DNA of 64,000 nt, taken from the NCBI GenBank assembly GCA_963663805.2, contig CAXXMR010000018.1, forward strand, positions 64,001-128,000. The letters are read 5' to 3'. A program made the position numbers and the translations under genes. Shown piece by piece: positions 38,598-49,540 of the stretch. Position 1 is the stretch's first letter. Each line of letters opens with the position of its first letter. The notes beneath the pieces are model-generated. The model worked only from the letters and a program-made list of their open reading frames with translations, was not told the origin of the DNA and ran no database searches. Origin of the DNA: Sedimentisphaerales bacterium (GTDB taxonomy: Bacteria; Planctomycetota; Phycisphaerae; Sedimentisphaerales; SM23-30).

Positions 38598-39923
38598 ATG
38601 AAATTCTACAATCGAAAAACTGAACTCGCGGAGCTTGATATTATCCACAAACAGAGTTCACAAAGCGGCAAAATGACAATCCTTACAGGGAGACGAAGGG
38701 TGGGTAAAACCCTGCTCGCTTTAGAATTTGCCAAGAACCACAAATTCCTATATTTATTTGTCTCCAAAAAAACAGAAGAATTGCTGTGCCAGGAATTCCT
38801 AAAGGAAATAAACACCCATTTTTCAATACCGGTCATCGGCGAGATTAAATACTTCAAGGACGTTTTTAAATTACTATTAGAACTTTCAACACAATGTAAT
38901 TTCACGCTTATAATCGACGAATTCCAAGAATTCTATAATATTAATTCGGCCGTATTTTCTGAGATACAAAACTTATGGGATTCATATAAAGCAAAATCTA
39001 AAATTAATCTCATTTTTATTGGTTCTGTTTATTCGTTGATGCATAAGATTTTCCTCCACGCGAACGAACCTCTTTTTAATCGAGCAGACCGTATCCTCTC
39101 AATCAATCCTTTTACAATTAAAGACACTGTGCAAATATTAAAAGATTACAATAATTTTTCGCTTAATAATTTATTCGACTATTACACTATCACAGGTTGT
39201 ATGCCAAGATACATTGATCTTTTGGTTTCAAATGATTGCTTTTCTTTGTCTGAAATATTAGATTTCATTTTGGCTCCCAACTCTCCGTTCTTGCATGAAG
39301 GGAAAAATGTACTTATCGAAGAATTTGGGAAAGATTACAATACCTACTTCTCAATCCTATCTTTGATTTCATCCGGCAAAACATCTCGGCCTGAAATAGA
39401 GTCAATCTTAGAACGAAATATCGGCGGCTATCTAGATAGACTTGAAAACGACTTTGGAATAGTCAAAAAGCATAAACCGGTTAACGCAAAGCCTGGCTCA
39501 AGGCTGCAGAAGTATAAGATTTCAGACAATTTCCTGACTTTTTGGTTTCGATTTATTTACAGCAATTGGTCAGCGGTTGAAACCGGCAATTTTGATTATA
39601 TCCGAAAAAACATCGAAAGAGACTATTCAACCTATTGTGGCACAATGCTGGAAAACTTTTTTAAAGAGTTAATTGCGTCATCTGGGCAATATAACATTGT
39701 TGGCTCGTACTGGGACCGAAAGAATGAAAATGAGATAGATATTGTTGCCATAAATGAAATGGAAAAACAACTTTTTCTGGCAGAAGTTAAATTAAACAAA
39801 GCTAAAATAAACATGAATAAGTTCAAGGCCAAAACAATAACTTTGCTAAATTCATACAAAGAATATACCTCTGAATTGGCGGCATTGAGCCTTGAGGATG
39901 CTGCTGCATACTTAAACTTGTAA
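38598..39923 (+). CDS. P-loop ATPase with C-terminal DUF234 / PD-(D/E)XK-like domain
   Basis: FYNRKTEL, GRRRVGKT, IIDEFQ, DNFLTFWFRF and EIDIVA..AEVK motifs; low GC. Confidence 0.88.
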   Translation: MKFYNRKTELAELDIIHKQSSQSGKMTILTGRRRVGKTLLALEFAKNHKFLYLFVSKKTEELLCQEFLKEINTHFSIPVIGEIKYFKDVFKLLLELSTQCNFTLIIDEFQEFYNINSAVFSEIQNLWDSYKAKSKINLIFIGSVYSLMHKIFLHANEPLFNRADRILSINPFTIKDTVQILKDYNNFSLNNLFDYYTITGCMPRYIDLLVSNDCFSLSEILDFILAPNSPFLHEGKNVLIEEFGKDYNTYFSILSLISSGKTSRPEIESILERNIGGYLDRLENDFGIVKKHKPVNAKPGSRLQKYKISDNFLTFWFRFIYSNWSAVETGNFDYIRKNIERDYSTYCGTMLENFFKELIASSGQYNIVGSYWDRKNENEIDIVAINEMEKQLFLAEVKLNKAKINMNKFKAKTITLLNSYKEYTSELAALSLEDAAAYLNL

Positions 39924-39994
39924 CTGTGACAATTGCTTGGGCAGTAATTCTGTTGAAACGTTCTGTCGGATTAAGTGGTGGTTGCTACATATTA

Positions 39995-41114
39995 TTAATC
40001 CGGCAATAAAATAGATGAACATTATTAATTTTCTGCTATACTTTTGTAATGGAAAAACGAGATTCACGAAAACTTAACCAGCAAGCTCAGTATGAACTGA
40101 GGCGAACCTGCATAAAGTTGCTCAAAGCCGGCAAAAAGCAAAGGGAAGTTGCGGCGATCCTTGAGATTGCTTACCAAACTGTCAATCGATGGTGGCAGCG
40201 ATATTTGTCTGAGGGAATGGCTGGCTTAAAGCCCGGCCAACGAGGTCGCAGAAAAGGCGAAAACAGAACTTTGACTTTAGAGCAGGAAAAGGAGATTGAG
40301 GTTTTGATTCGGGACAAATATCCTGAACAGTTAAAACTGAAATTTGCTTTGTGGAATCGTCAGGCGGTAATGGATTTAATCGAACAGAAATTTTCGATTA
40401 AGTTGCCGATCCGCACTGCTGGCGAATATCTTAAGCGTTGGGGTTTTACACCTCAAAAACCGATTCGCAAAGCTTATGAGCAACAGCCCGAAAAGGTCCA
40501 GCAATGGCTGGGCGAGACCTATCCAGAGATCGAAAAGCGTGCTAAAAAGGAAGATGCTGAGATTCAATGGGCTGATGAAACCGGGCTTAACAGTGCTGAC
40601 GCTCGTGGTCGGGGCTATGCTCCTAAAGGCCAAACCCCGACGGTTTACGGCCCAGCCCAGCGTTTTTCGGTAAGTATGATTTCATCGCTGACAAATAAAG
40701 GGCAATTGCGTTTTATGATTTATGAAGGCGGCTTGAAGGTGGATATATTTTTGACATTTTTGCGACGACTCATTAAGGATGCTAAACGAAAAGTATTTTT
40801 GATTGTCGATAATCTTAGAGTTCACCATGCCAAGAAGGTTCAACGGTGGGCAACTAAACATAAAAAGAAAATCGAGCTGTTCTTTCTGCCGCCTTACAGC
40901 CCGGAACATAACCCCGATGAATATGTCAACCAGGACATCAAACAACAACTCAAGAAGAAGCCCGCGCCAAGGTCACAAGAACAATTGCAGGATAATCTGA
41001 GTTCTTATATGCGGAGCCTGCAACGAAAGACTAAGAAGGTAAAAAAGTTTTTCAATCACGAAAAAGTGCAATACGCAAAAGCGAGTTGATTCATATGTTT
41101 AATTGCCGGAGTAA
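39995..41114 (+). mobile_element. IS630-family insertion sequence
   Basis: Imperfect IR TTAATCCGGCAAT / ATTGCCGGAGTAA, flanked by TA. Confidence 0.85.
40049..41089 (+). CDS. IS630-family transposase
   Basis: WADETG, IVDNLRVHH and LPPYSPEHNPDE motifs. Confidence 0.93.
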   Translation: MEKRDSRKLNQQAQYELRRTCIKLLKAGKKQREVAAILEIAYQTVNRWWQRYLSEGMAGLKPGQRGRRKGENRTLTLEQEKEIEVLIRDKYPEQLKLKFALWNRQAVMDLIEQKFSIKLPIRTAGEYLKRWGFTPQKPIRKAYEQQPEKVQQWLGETYPEIEKRAKKEDAEIQWADETGLNSADARGRGYAPKGQTPTVYGPAQRFSVSMISSLTNKGQLRFMIYEGGLKVDIFLTFLRRLIKDAKRKVFLIVDNLRVHHAKKVQRWATKHKKKIELFFLPPYSPEHNPDEYVNQDIKQQLKKKPAPRSQEQLQDNLSSYMRSLQRKTKKVKKFFNHEKVQYAKAS

Positions 41115-41179
41115 TAGCTCTCTAGGCCATCGCAATAGGCTTATGAAAATGTAGGTTAGGATGTCGATTGGTTGGTTTG

Positions 41180-41866
41180 CTATTGGGGCAAGTTCACTGG
41201 TTTTGGATGTTTTTTTATGGGGTCTATTTTTGTTATACCGGAATAAAGTAGTTGGTGGACTTGCTGGGTGAAGCTGTTTTGGATATCCTGGTTGCCTAGT
41301 TCTAGATTCAGAAGGTGAGAAATTGTCAGGCGGTTAGAGAAGTAGAAGAAGCTGACCGAGAATATAGTTATCAGATAAGTGCTGAAGTCGATATTGTCTC
41401 GGAAGATTTTTTTGTTCTGACCCAGTTCGTACAGTTCCCTGAGATGGCAGATGTAATTTGACTGTAAGTCCTGCCAGTCTTTATCGCGAAGGCTCTTACC
41501 GCCGTTGAGGTTTTCCCAGGCTAACAGTCGCCAGAAAATGGGATTTTCCCGGTGAAAGCGGAAAAAACTCTCCAGAATGATTTTGGTCATATCGGGGATG
41601 TCTTTTTCCTGGAGCTTGAGGAGCCTTTCGTTTTCTACGGCCTGAGCGTATACAGAAATAAGGGTTTGGCGATAAAGTTCCTCTTTTGACCCGAAATAAG
41701 CGTATATTCTCTGTTTGTTAATGCCGGATTCCTGGCTAATTTCATCGATTCGGGCACCGTTAAGACCTTTTTCGGCGAAAACTTTGGTTGCAGTCTGGAG
41801 GATTTTCTGTTTGCTGGCAATCGAACGTTGTTGTTTTGGGGTAACTGTATTGTCTGTATTTTCCAT
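41180..41866 (-). CDS. TetR/AcrR family regulator
   Basis: ILQTATKVFAEKGLNGARIDEI..IYAYFGSKEEL; divergent from the catabolic operon. Confidence 0.92.
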   Translation of the reverse strand: MENTDNTVTPKQQRSIASKQKILQTATKVFAEKGLNGARIDEISQESGINKQRIYAYFGSKEELYRQTLISVYAQAVENERLLKLQEKDIPDMTKIILESFFRFHRENPIFWRLLAWENLNGGKSLRDKDWQDLQSNYICHLRELYELGQNKKIFRDNIDFSTYLITIFSVSFFYFSNRLTISHLLNLELGNQDIQNSFTQQVHQLLYSGITKIDPIKKHPKPVNLPQ

Positions 41867-41982
41867 GATGACAGTACGATACGAAAATTCTCACAAAAAA
41901 GCAAATATTTAGTTGTGTTTTTGATTTGGGGGTGTTAATATTTATAAAAGAAAACAAATGGTTGGTTTTTTGGAGTGTAGAT

Positions 41983-43008
41983 GTGAAAGAATTACCGGCA
42001 AAAATTAAAAATGTTGAAATCCTGGATGAACTTTTGACCAGGCCTTCTGAGGCTTTAGTTTCTTATTTTAAGGGACTTAAAGGCAATGTGATGATATTGG
42101 GAGCGGGGGGTAAGATCGGACCGACCATGGCAATGAGGGCTCAGCAGGCCTTTGCCGAAGCTGGCGGTAAAGGTAAGGTTTTGGCTGTCGATGTTATGGA
42201 GCTGGATGGTCTGGCAGCTAAAGGGATTGAGACTATCAAGTGTGATATGCTGGATTTGGAGGCGGTTAAGCAACTGCCGCAAGTTGAGAATATTGTGTAT
42301 ATGGTTGGTCGTAAGTTTGGCTCGACCGGTAGTGAATGGCTGACGTGGGCTGTCAATGTGATGGTTCCGCATAATGTGGCTCAGGTCTTTACTGATTCGC
42401 GGATAGCTGTATTTTCCACGGGATGTGTGTATCCGGTGGTTGATGTTTATAGTGGTGGGGCGGTGGAGTCTGACAGTCCTAACCCAGTTGGTGAATACGC
42501 GGTAAGTTCGCTGGGTCGGGAGCGGGTATTTGATTATTACGCGGCGGAAAAAGGTGAGAAGGTATTGCAGGTTCGTCTTAACTATGCTTTAGAGCTTCGC
42601 TATGGGGTTCTGGTTGATATTGCGACCAAGGTATTCCAGGGCGAAGATGTGGACGTGACTACTGGTTTTATGAACGGAATCTGGCAGGGTGACTGTTGTG
42701 ACCAGGTTCTAAGGAGTTTTGATTTAGCGACCAGCCCGAGTTCGGTTTTGAACATCACAGGGCCTGAGACATTGTCGGTTCGCTGGATTGCTCAGAGGTT
42801 TGGTGAGTTGTTTGGTAAGGAGGTACGGATAGTTGGTCAGGAAAACGGAAAGGCTTATTTGAGTAACGCGGCGAAGGCGAACTCTATTTTTGGCAATCCG
42901 GAGGTTTCTATCGGTAAGATTATCGAATGGGTGGCGGACTGGGTGCAGCTCGGTGGTGAGAATATTGGTAAGCCGACACACTTTGAGACTCAAGATGGGA
43001 AGTACTAA
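41983..43008 (+). CDS. NAD-dependent epimerase/dehydratase family protein
   Basis: GAGGKIG, FSTGCVY, EYAVSSLGRE and RLNYA motifs. Confidence 0.85.
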   Translation: MKELPAKIKNVEILDELLTRPSEALVSYFKGLKGNVMILGAGGKIGPTMAMRAQQAFAEAGGKGKVLAVDVMELDGLAAKGIETIKCDMLDLEAVKQLPQVENIVYMVGRKFGSTGSEWLTWAVNVMVPHNVAQVFTDSRIAVFSTGCVYPVVDVYSGGAVESDSPNPVGEYAVSSLGRERVFDYYAAEKGEKVLQVRLNYALELRYGVLVDIATKVFQGEDVDVTTGFMNGIWQGDCCDQVLRSFDLATSPSSVLNITGPETLSVRWIAQRFGELFGKEVRIVGQENGKAYLSNAAKANSIFGNPEVSIGKIIEWVADWVQLGGENIGKPTHFETQDGKY

Positions 43009-43818
43009 ATGAAAATCGCGAGGGTGTCGGACACCAAGGGTAATATTGTATTGGCGGCACAACAGGCTGATGGCAGCTATCTTCGTTGTAAAGGTCATAA
43101 TATAGCTGAGATTGGCCTGGGTGATGTGACCGGAGAGTGTGTTGAGGTAAGTGAGTTTATGTCGCCGCTGGAGCCGCGTGCGGTGATCTGTGTCGCGGCG
43201 AGCTATCGGGCTCATATCGATGAATGTAATATGGAAGAGCAGCCTGATCCTATTATTTTCATGAAAAATCCCGCCAGTGTCAATGCTCATCAGCAGGCAA
43301 TACGGATACCTTCTATCTGTGCAGATGAAGTTGATTATGAAGGTGAACTGGCGTTGTATATCGGCAGGGACTGTCTGAATGTCAGTGCGGCTGAGGCGCA
43401 AGATTATATTTTGGGCTATACGGTGGCGAATGATGTTTCCGCTCGCAGCTGGCAGTTGGAGCGGGGCGGGGGGCAGTGGGTTCGCGGTAAGGGTTTCGAT
43501 AGTTTCGCTCCTCTGGGGCCGGTACTGGTAACGCCGGACGAGATTGGCGATGTGAAAAATCTGCGGATAACAACGACGCTGAACGGGCAGATGGTACAGG
43601 ATTCAAATACATCTTATATGATTCGCGATGTTTATGAGCTGGTGAGCTTCTTGTCTCAGGGTACGACTTTGTTAGCTGGTACGGTGATCCTGACTGGGAC
43701 ACCTGAAGGTGTGGGGTGGGCGCGTCAGCCGCGTCTGCTGCTTCAGGACGGTGATGATGTTGTGGTTGAGATAGAAAATGTGGGCAAATTAGTAAACCAT
43801 GTTGTTCGGGAAAAATAA
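43009..43818 (+). CDS. Fumarylacetoacetate hydrolase family protein
   Basis: VDYEGEL, NDVSAR, GKGFD and ILTGTPEGVG motifs. Confidence 0.92.
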   Translation: MKIARVSDTKGNIVLAAQQADGSYLRCKGHNIAEIGLGDVTGECVEVSEFMSPLEPRAVICVAASYRAHIDECNMEEQPDPIIFMKNPASVNAHQQAIRIPSICADEVDYEGELALYIGRDCLNVSAAEAQDYILGYTVANDVSARSWQLERGGGQWVRGKGFDSFAPLGPVLVTPDEIGDVKNLRITTTLNGQMVQDSNTSYMIRDVYELVSFLSQGTTLLAGTVILTGTPEGVGWARQPRLLLQDGDDVVVEIENVGKLVNHVVREK

Positions 43819-44913
43819 TTGATGGCAGCAGACAATAAAATTTTGAATGTGGCGATTGTGGGTCTGGGGCATCTGCATCCGCGCGGGTATATGTCACTGT
43901 TTGATAATTGCGGTCGAACCAGGGTGGTTAGTGCTTATGATGCTGATGGGGCGTTGGTTGAAAGTTTTGCCGGTAATTACGGAATCAAAGGTTATTCTGA
44001 CATCGATAAAATGCTCGATAGCGAGAAGCTGGATATGGCGGTTATTTTTCTGCCGCATTGTGATTGTGCCGACGCGGCCATCAAATTCGCTCAGCGTGGT
44101 GTGCATTTAATGATAGAAAAACCTATCGCCCATACTTCCGCGGATGTTAAACGCCTGATGGTTGTTGCTGATGCCAACGGGGTGAAAGTGACGACAGGCT
44201 ATTGCTGGCGGTATCACCCGGTAATCAAGCAAATGAAAGAATGCATTGGAAATGGGATTTTAGGTGATATTGTGTCGATTGAGGCTCGATTGGCGGCGGG
44301 CAAAGTTGAACGTTATATTGCGTGCAATTCGGCGTGGATGCTGGAAAAGGCCAAGTCCGGGGGTGGTCCGATGTATAATCTGGGCGTGCATTGGATTGAT
44401 ATAATGAATTATCTGTTGGGGGCTTCGGCAGTTGAAGTTTGTGCGTGCAATACACAGACTTCGGATAAATATGATATTGAAGACAGTTCGATGGCCATGC
44501 TGAAGTTTGGTTTGGGGGTTACGGCTATGCTGTCGGTTAGTTATATCGTGCCGGATTGTTTTCCCTGTGGTCGCGATCTGTATCTGGGGGTTAAGGGCAG
44601 CAAAGGGTTGTTGAGTTATTGCCCAAAATATGAAGGTGAGCAGGCCGGCGGGGTGGTTCAGACGGATGTTTTGGAGATTTACAGCGATAGTGAAAAAATG
44701 GCAGGCGCGGCGGCGCGGCAATACTCATTTCAACTAAACAAGGTGCCCGGCTATTCCGGTTATATGGGACAGGCCTACGTCGATGATTTTGTTGACGCGA
44801 TATTACAGGGGCGTGAACCGTTTATCAGAGTGGATGAAGCTTTGGATGTTCTAAAAGTGGTTGAGGCAATTTATCAGTCCGACAGTGATAAGAAATGGAT
44901 AGAGGTGAAGTGA
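43819..44913 (+). CDS. Gfo/Idh/MocA oxidoreductase
   Basis: VGLG, IEKPI and GGG..NLGVHWID motifs. Confidence 0.9.
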   Translation: MMAADNKILNVAIVGLGHLHPRGYMSLFDNCGRTRVVSAYDADGALVESFAGNYGIKGYSDIDKMLDSEKLDMAVIFLPHCDCADAAIKFAQRGVHLMIEKPIAHTSADVKRLMVVADANGVKVTTGYCWRYHPVIKQMKECIGNGILGDIVSIEARLAAGKVERYIACNSAWMLEKAKSGGGPMYNLGVHWIDIMNYLLGASAVEVCACNTQTSDKYDIEDSSMAMLKFGLGVTAMLSVSYIVPDCFPCGRDLYLGVKGSKGLLSYCPKYEGEQAGGVVQTDVLEIYSDSEKMAGAAARQYSFQLNKVPGYSGYMGQAYVDDFVDAILQGREPFIRVDEALDVLKVVEAIYQSDSDKKWIEVK

Positions 44914-45899
44914 TGCGGGTTGTGATTACGGATTATATCGAGGATGACCTTAACTGGGAAGCTGAGGAGCTTAAAAAGCTGGGGATTGATTTTGAGGCTT
45001 GCCAATTGAAGTTTCGGCCGGAAGATGAAGTTCTGGCGAAGGTTCAGGGTGCCGAGGTTATCGTGGTGAATATGGTCAAGTTTGATGAGTCGCTTATCTC
45101 AAAGCTGACAAATTGTAAGCTGATTATTCGGCACGGCATAGGCTATGACAATGTTGATGTCGAGGCTTGCACGAGGCAGGGGATACAGTTCGCGTATCAG
45201 CCGGATTATTGCAAAACTGACGTGGCGGAGCACACTATCGCTCTGATTTTCGCTTGTGGGCGGAAGGTGCCGTTTAGCAGAAGGACGCTTGATGAATCCA
45301 GTGCGAGCGGGCAATGGGATTTTTCGGAGCTTTTCCCGATTTATCGCATGGAAGGCAAGACGCTGGGTATTCTGGGGCTGGGAAGAATCGGCAGCAGGGT
45401 GTTTCATAAGCTGAAATCTTTTGGGTTTCGGATAATTGGTTGTGACCCTTATCTGAGCGAAAAACGCAAGGCTGACCTTGTGGGTGTGGAATGGGTGGAT
45501 AAGGAAACGATTTTCAAAGAGTCTGATTTTCTGACGGTGCATACGCCTTTGAATGACGAGACGCGACATATCGTTAACGCTGATACCTTGTCGCTGATGA
45601 AGCCGACGGCGTGTGTTGTCAATACTTCGCGGGGTGGAATGGTTGATGCTGAAGCCTTAGCGACGGCATTAAAGAATAATCAAATCGCTGGTGCGGCGAT
45701 AGATGTTTTTGAGGTAGAGCCGCCCAGCCCGGAGCTGACGTTGTTTGGGCTGGACAATGCGATCCTTACGCCCCATATCGGCTGGGCGTCGCATGAGGCA
45801 GCCTGGGAGATACGGCAGAGTATTTTCGATGACATTATCGCGGCCTCAAAAGGGCAGGACGCTCGTTGTGTGGTTAATAAAATACGTAGAGGGAATTAA
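44913..45899 (+). CDS. D-2-hydroxyacid dehydrogenase (PGDH/CtBP-like)
   Basis: GIGYDNVD, GLGRIG, NTSRG, DVFEVEP and TPHIG motifs. Confidence 0.9.
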   Translation: MRVVITDYIEDDLNWEAEELKKLGIDFEACQLKFRPEDEVLAKVQGAEVIVVNMVKFDESLISKLTNCKLIIRHGIGYDNVDVEACTRQGIQFAYQPDYCKTDVAEHTIALIFACGRKVPFSRRTLDESSASGQWDFSELFPIYRMEGKTLGILGLGRIGSRVFHKLKSFGFRIIGCDPYLSEKRKADLVGVEWVDKETIFKESDFLTVHTPLNDETRHIVNADTLSLMKPTACVVNTSRGGMVDAEALATALKNNQIAGAAIDVFEVEPPSPELTLFGLDNAILTPHIGWASHEAAWEIRQSIFDDIIAASKGQDARCVVNKIRRGN

Positions 45900-45901
45900 A
45901 G

Positions 45902-47233
45902 ATGACAATCGCAAATGTAAAAGCACCGTTGCCGGGTCCGCAGGGTAAGGCACTTTTGGGAAAATGGCACAAATACGAAGCCGACGTGGTGGGTTATCAG
46001 GCCCCGGTGGTCTGGGAAAATGCCAAGGGTTGTGTGGTTACGGATGTTGACGGCAACCGTTTTATCGACTGGACTTCGGGCGTGCTGGTTACTAATGTGG
46101 GACACTGCCATGAGCATCTGGTTAAAGCCACTCAGCGGGCTTCGGAGGATTTGCTGAATAATTATGAATGTGCCAACACTTACCGGATCGAGGCGGCGGA
46201 GAAACTTGCCAGGGCTTTGCCGAAGAATCTGGATAAATGTTTCTTTTTGTCAACCGGTTCTGAGGCGGTAGAGGCTTCTTTGCGGCTGATGAAGCGGTTT
46301 ACGGGTAATTTCGAGATTGTTTGTTTTGGTGGTGGTTTTCACGGTCGTACGCCGGGAGCGTCATCTGTAGGAGGTCTGGTTGGACCGAAAAAGAAGTATG
46401 GCCCGGTTATTCCCGGCGCGATTCGGGCACCTTTTCCTAATCCCTATCGTGACGATTTGGGTTTTTGTGATGACGGGCCGGAATTTAAGAAATATTTTGA
46501 TTTTCTGGATTATATCGTCGCGACGAACTCGACAGGTTCTTTAGCGGGTGTTATTGTCGAGCCTTATCAGGGGGCGGGTGGTTTTGTTTTTCCGCCGGCC
46601 GGCTGGCTCAAACGTCTGCGTCAGTGGACACGCGAGCGGGGGATTCTGTTTACGTTGGATGAAGTGCAGGCTTCATACGGTCGGACAGGGAAAATGTGGG
46701 CATGTGAGCATGAGGACATTGCTCCGGATATTATGGCATTGGGCAAAGGGATCGGCAGCGGTGTTTCGGTGTCGGCGGTTTGTTCGACCAGTGAGATATT
46801 TGGTTGTTTGGTCAAGGGAGAGATGAGCAGTACGTATGGCGGCAATCCGGTTGCCAGTGCGGCGGTGACGGCGGTGTTGGAGATTTTTGAGCGGGAAAAT
46901 CTTGTCGAAAATTCCGCGAAGATGGGTGCTTATCTGAAAGAGCGGCTGAAAAAGATTGCTGATAAATGTGATTATCTGGGTGATGTTCGTGGTATGGGGC
47001 TGGTAATGGGGCTGGAGTTTGTTAAGGACAAAGCAACCAAAGAACCCGCACCGGAGCTTATCAAGCCTATCATCAATGAATGTGCTGATAATGGCTTGCT
47101 GGTTGGTTCGGTAGGAATGTATGGTAATGTGCTGCGGGTAGCACCGCCTCTTACGATAAATCGCGAGCAAGCAGATGAAAGCCTGGCAATTATGGAAAAA
47201 AGTTTTGCGGGGAATAAAACTGTTAATGGATGA
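45902..47233 (+). CDS. Class III aminotransferase (GabT-like)
   Basis: STGSEAVE, FHGRT, DEVQASYGRTG, LGKGI and STYGGNP motifs. Confidence 0.92.
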   Translation: MTIANVKAPLPGPQGKALLGKWHKYEADVVGYQAPVVWENAKGCVVTDVDGNRFIDWTSGVLVTNVGHCHEHLVKATQRASEDLLNNYECANTYRIEAAEKLARALPKNLDKCFFLSTGSEAVEASLRLMKRFTGNFEIVCFGGGFHGRTPGASSVGGLVGPKKKYGPVIPGAIRAPFPNPYRDDLGFCDDGPEFKKYFDFLDYIVATNSTGSLAGVIVEPYQGAGGFVFPPAGWLKRLRQWTRERGILFTLDEVQASYGRTGKMWACEHEDIAPDIMALGKGIGSGVSVSAVCSTSEIFGCLVKGEMSSTYGGNPVASAAVTAVLEIFERENLVENSAKMGAYLKERLKKIADKCDYLGDVRGMGLVMGLEFVKDKATKEPAPELIKPIINECADNGLLVGSVGMYGNVLRVAPPLTINREQADESLAIMEKSFAGNKTVNG

Positions 47234-48468
47234 GACTAAACTAAAAAACGCAACGACAGATTTACTGCCTGATATTCAGCGGTTTCTGGTTGATTTGATG
47301 AAGTTTCCTTCCACGCCTGGGCAGGAGCATCAGGCGATGTTGTTCTTATGTGAGGAATTTTCCAAACTCAATGCCGAGGTTGAGAAGATTTCGCTGAGCA
47401 ATAAGATTAAGGATGACCCGGATTACAGCAGTCCTGTCACTGGTATTGAATATGAGGGACGGTTTAATCTTCGCGTTTGCCGAAAAGGTCAGGGGGGCGG
47501 CAAGACTTTACCTGCTCAACGCTCATTGTGATGTTGTGCCTGCGTCGGAGGGAATGGCTTGACGCTTTTTCGGGCAGGGTTGAAGGTGGGGTTGTTCTAT
47601 GGCAGAGGGGCTTGTGATGATAAAGGTTCAATCGCGACAATATATTTATTGTTCGGGCTTATTGAGCGTTTGGGTTTGGAATTGGCCGGCGATGTGGTTG
47701 CCCATATTGTTGTCGAAGAAGAAAACGGTGGCAATGGTTCGCTGGCAATGGCCCGTCAGGGGGAAAAGGCCGACACATGTATCGTACTGGAGCCTACGGA
47801 AAATCTTATTCTTACCTCGATAAGAGAGCAGTCTGGTTTCGGATAGATTTTATGGAACAGCGGGCCATAGTGGTCAGGTCGGCCAAACCAAAAGCGCTCT
47901 GCTTATGGCCCATGAAGCTATTGATATTCTTACGGCATACCATAAACAATTGCTGGATGGTTCCCGGTCGATAAATTTGTTTGATAAATACGAAAATCCT
48001 ATGCCAATTACTTTTGGCCGACTCGATGCGGGTAACTGGCCGGCATCAGCGCCAAATAAGGCAACCCTGGAAGGTGTGTTGGGTTTCCTGCCCAATAAAA
48101 CCAAAGAGCAGATTTGCGACGAGATAAAACAGGCATTACTGGAAAACAGCCGGATTGCTGGATGCCGATAATTTCCAGTTGTCATTTACTTACCGGCATG
48201 ATTGCAGCGTTATGGATCCCGGCCATCTGGCGGTTGAAATGCTGAAAAGGGCTAATGATCTTTGTGATATTTGAAAGTGATGTCGATGCCATGACTGCCA
48301 GTTGTGACGCGTGGTTTTATAATAATCAGTTGAACATCCCCACTCTGGTTTATGGGCCCGGTACGCTTAAAATGGCTCACTCGCGGGAACGAGCAAATCC
48401 GCCTTGCGGATATTTCTGACGCAGGCCGGGTTTTATGCCAATTTACAGAGAGTTTTTGCGGAGAATAA
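47226..48468 (+). pseudogene. M20 metallopeptidase / ArgE-like deacylase, frameshifted
   Basis: Fragments carry NAHCDVVP, YGRGACDDKG, VEEENGGNG and GPG..AH motifs across several frames. Confidence 0.8.
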
Positions 48469-48469
48469 T

Positions 48470-49531
48470 ATGCAGGCTTTGGTCAAGACGGCAAAAGGTG
48501 TAGGCAATATAGAACTGCGTGATGTTCCGGTCCCGGTGGCGGGTGATGATGAGGTTTTGATTAAGATTGCCGCTTGCGGGATTTGCGGTACGGATGTGCA
48601 TGTCAAGCATGATAATTTTCCGTATTGGCCGCCGGTGATTTTGGGGGCATGAGTTTGCCGGGGAGGTCGTGGGCGTTGGCAAGGGGGTGTGTGACGCTTA
48701 AAGAAGGCGACCGTTGTGGTGGTGGCAGAACCGCACACAAGGGCCTGTGGACGTTGTTATTTGTGTCGTACGGGGCAATATACAGATATGTTCGGAGAAG
48801 CGTTCGCCGGGCTGGGGGATCAATGGCGGAATGGCTGGATATATTGCTTATCCGGGACAAACTTCTTGCATAAGATCCCCGACAAGATGATGTGGGATCA
48901 GGCTGTTATGATCGAGCCGGTGGCTAATATTGTGACCGACCTGCTGGAACGCACGCGAATCGAACCGGGGTGATTTTGTGGTAGTGCAGGGGCCCGGTCC
49001 GATAGGACTGATCGCCGCTGATGGCGGCTCGTGCGGCCGGGGCACGTGAAGTGGTGATCATTGGCACGCCGGGCGATGTTGATCTACGCTTCGCTAAGGC
49101 AAAGGAGTGTGGGATTCAAACATTTAATAAATGTTGCTCAGAGCGATCCAGTGGAAATTGTTGCGGAATGACCGATGGGTTGGGTAGCCGACGTTGTAGT
49201 AGAGTGCAGCGGGGCCGGTGCAAGCCATCAAGATGATTCCTGATATATTGAAAAAGATGGGGGGCGGGTTTGTGTTGTCGGTTTGAACTGGTGGCAAGAA
49301 TATAGAAGTACCGTGGGACAAATTTGCTTTCAAAGTAGCAACAGTGATTTTTCATCTTTCGACGTTTTATACCTCGTGGGATAAATCAATCGAACTGGTT
49401 GGCGTCCGGTAAAATTGAAGCGGAAAAGCTTATTTCCCACAATCTCCCCCTGTCTCAATGGTCTGATGGATTCGAAGCAATTGAAAAACTTGAGGCATTA
49501 AAGGTAGTTTTGGGTGCCGGAAGCAAAGTAG
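48470..49531 (+). pseudogene. Zinc-binding alcohol dehydrogenase, frameshifted
   Basis: GICGTD, GHE, CGRCYLCRTG and GPGPIG motifs in several frames. Confidence 0.82.
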
Positions 49532-49540
49532 AGGTTAATA

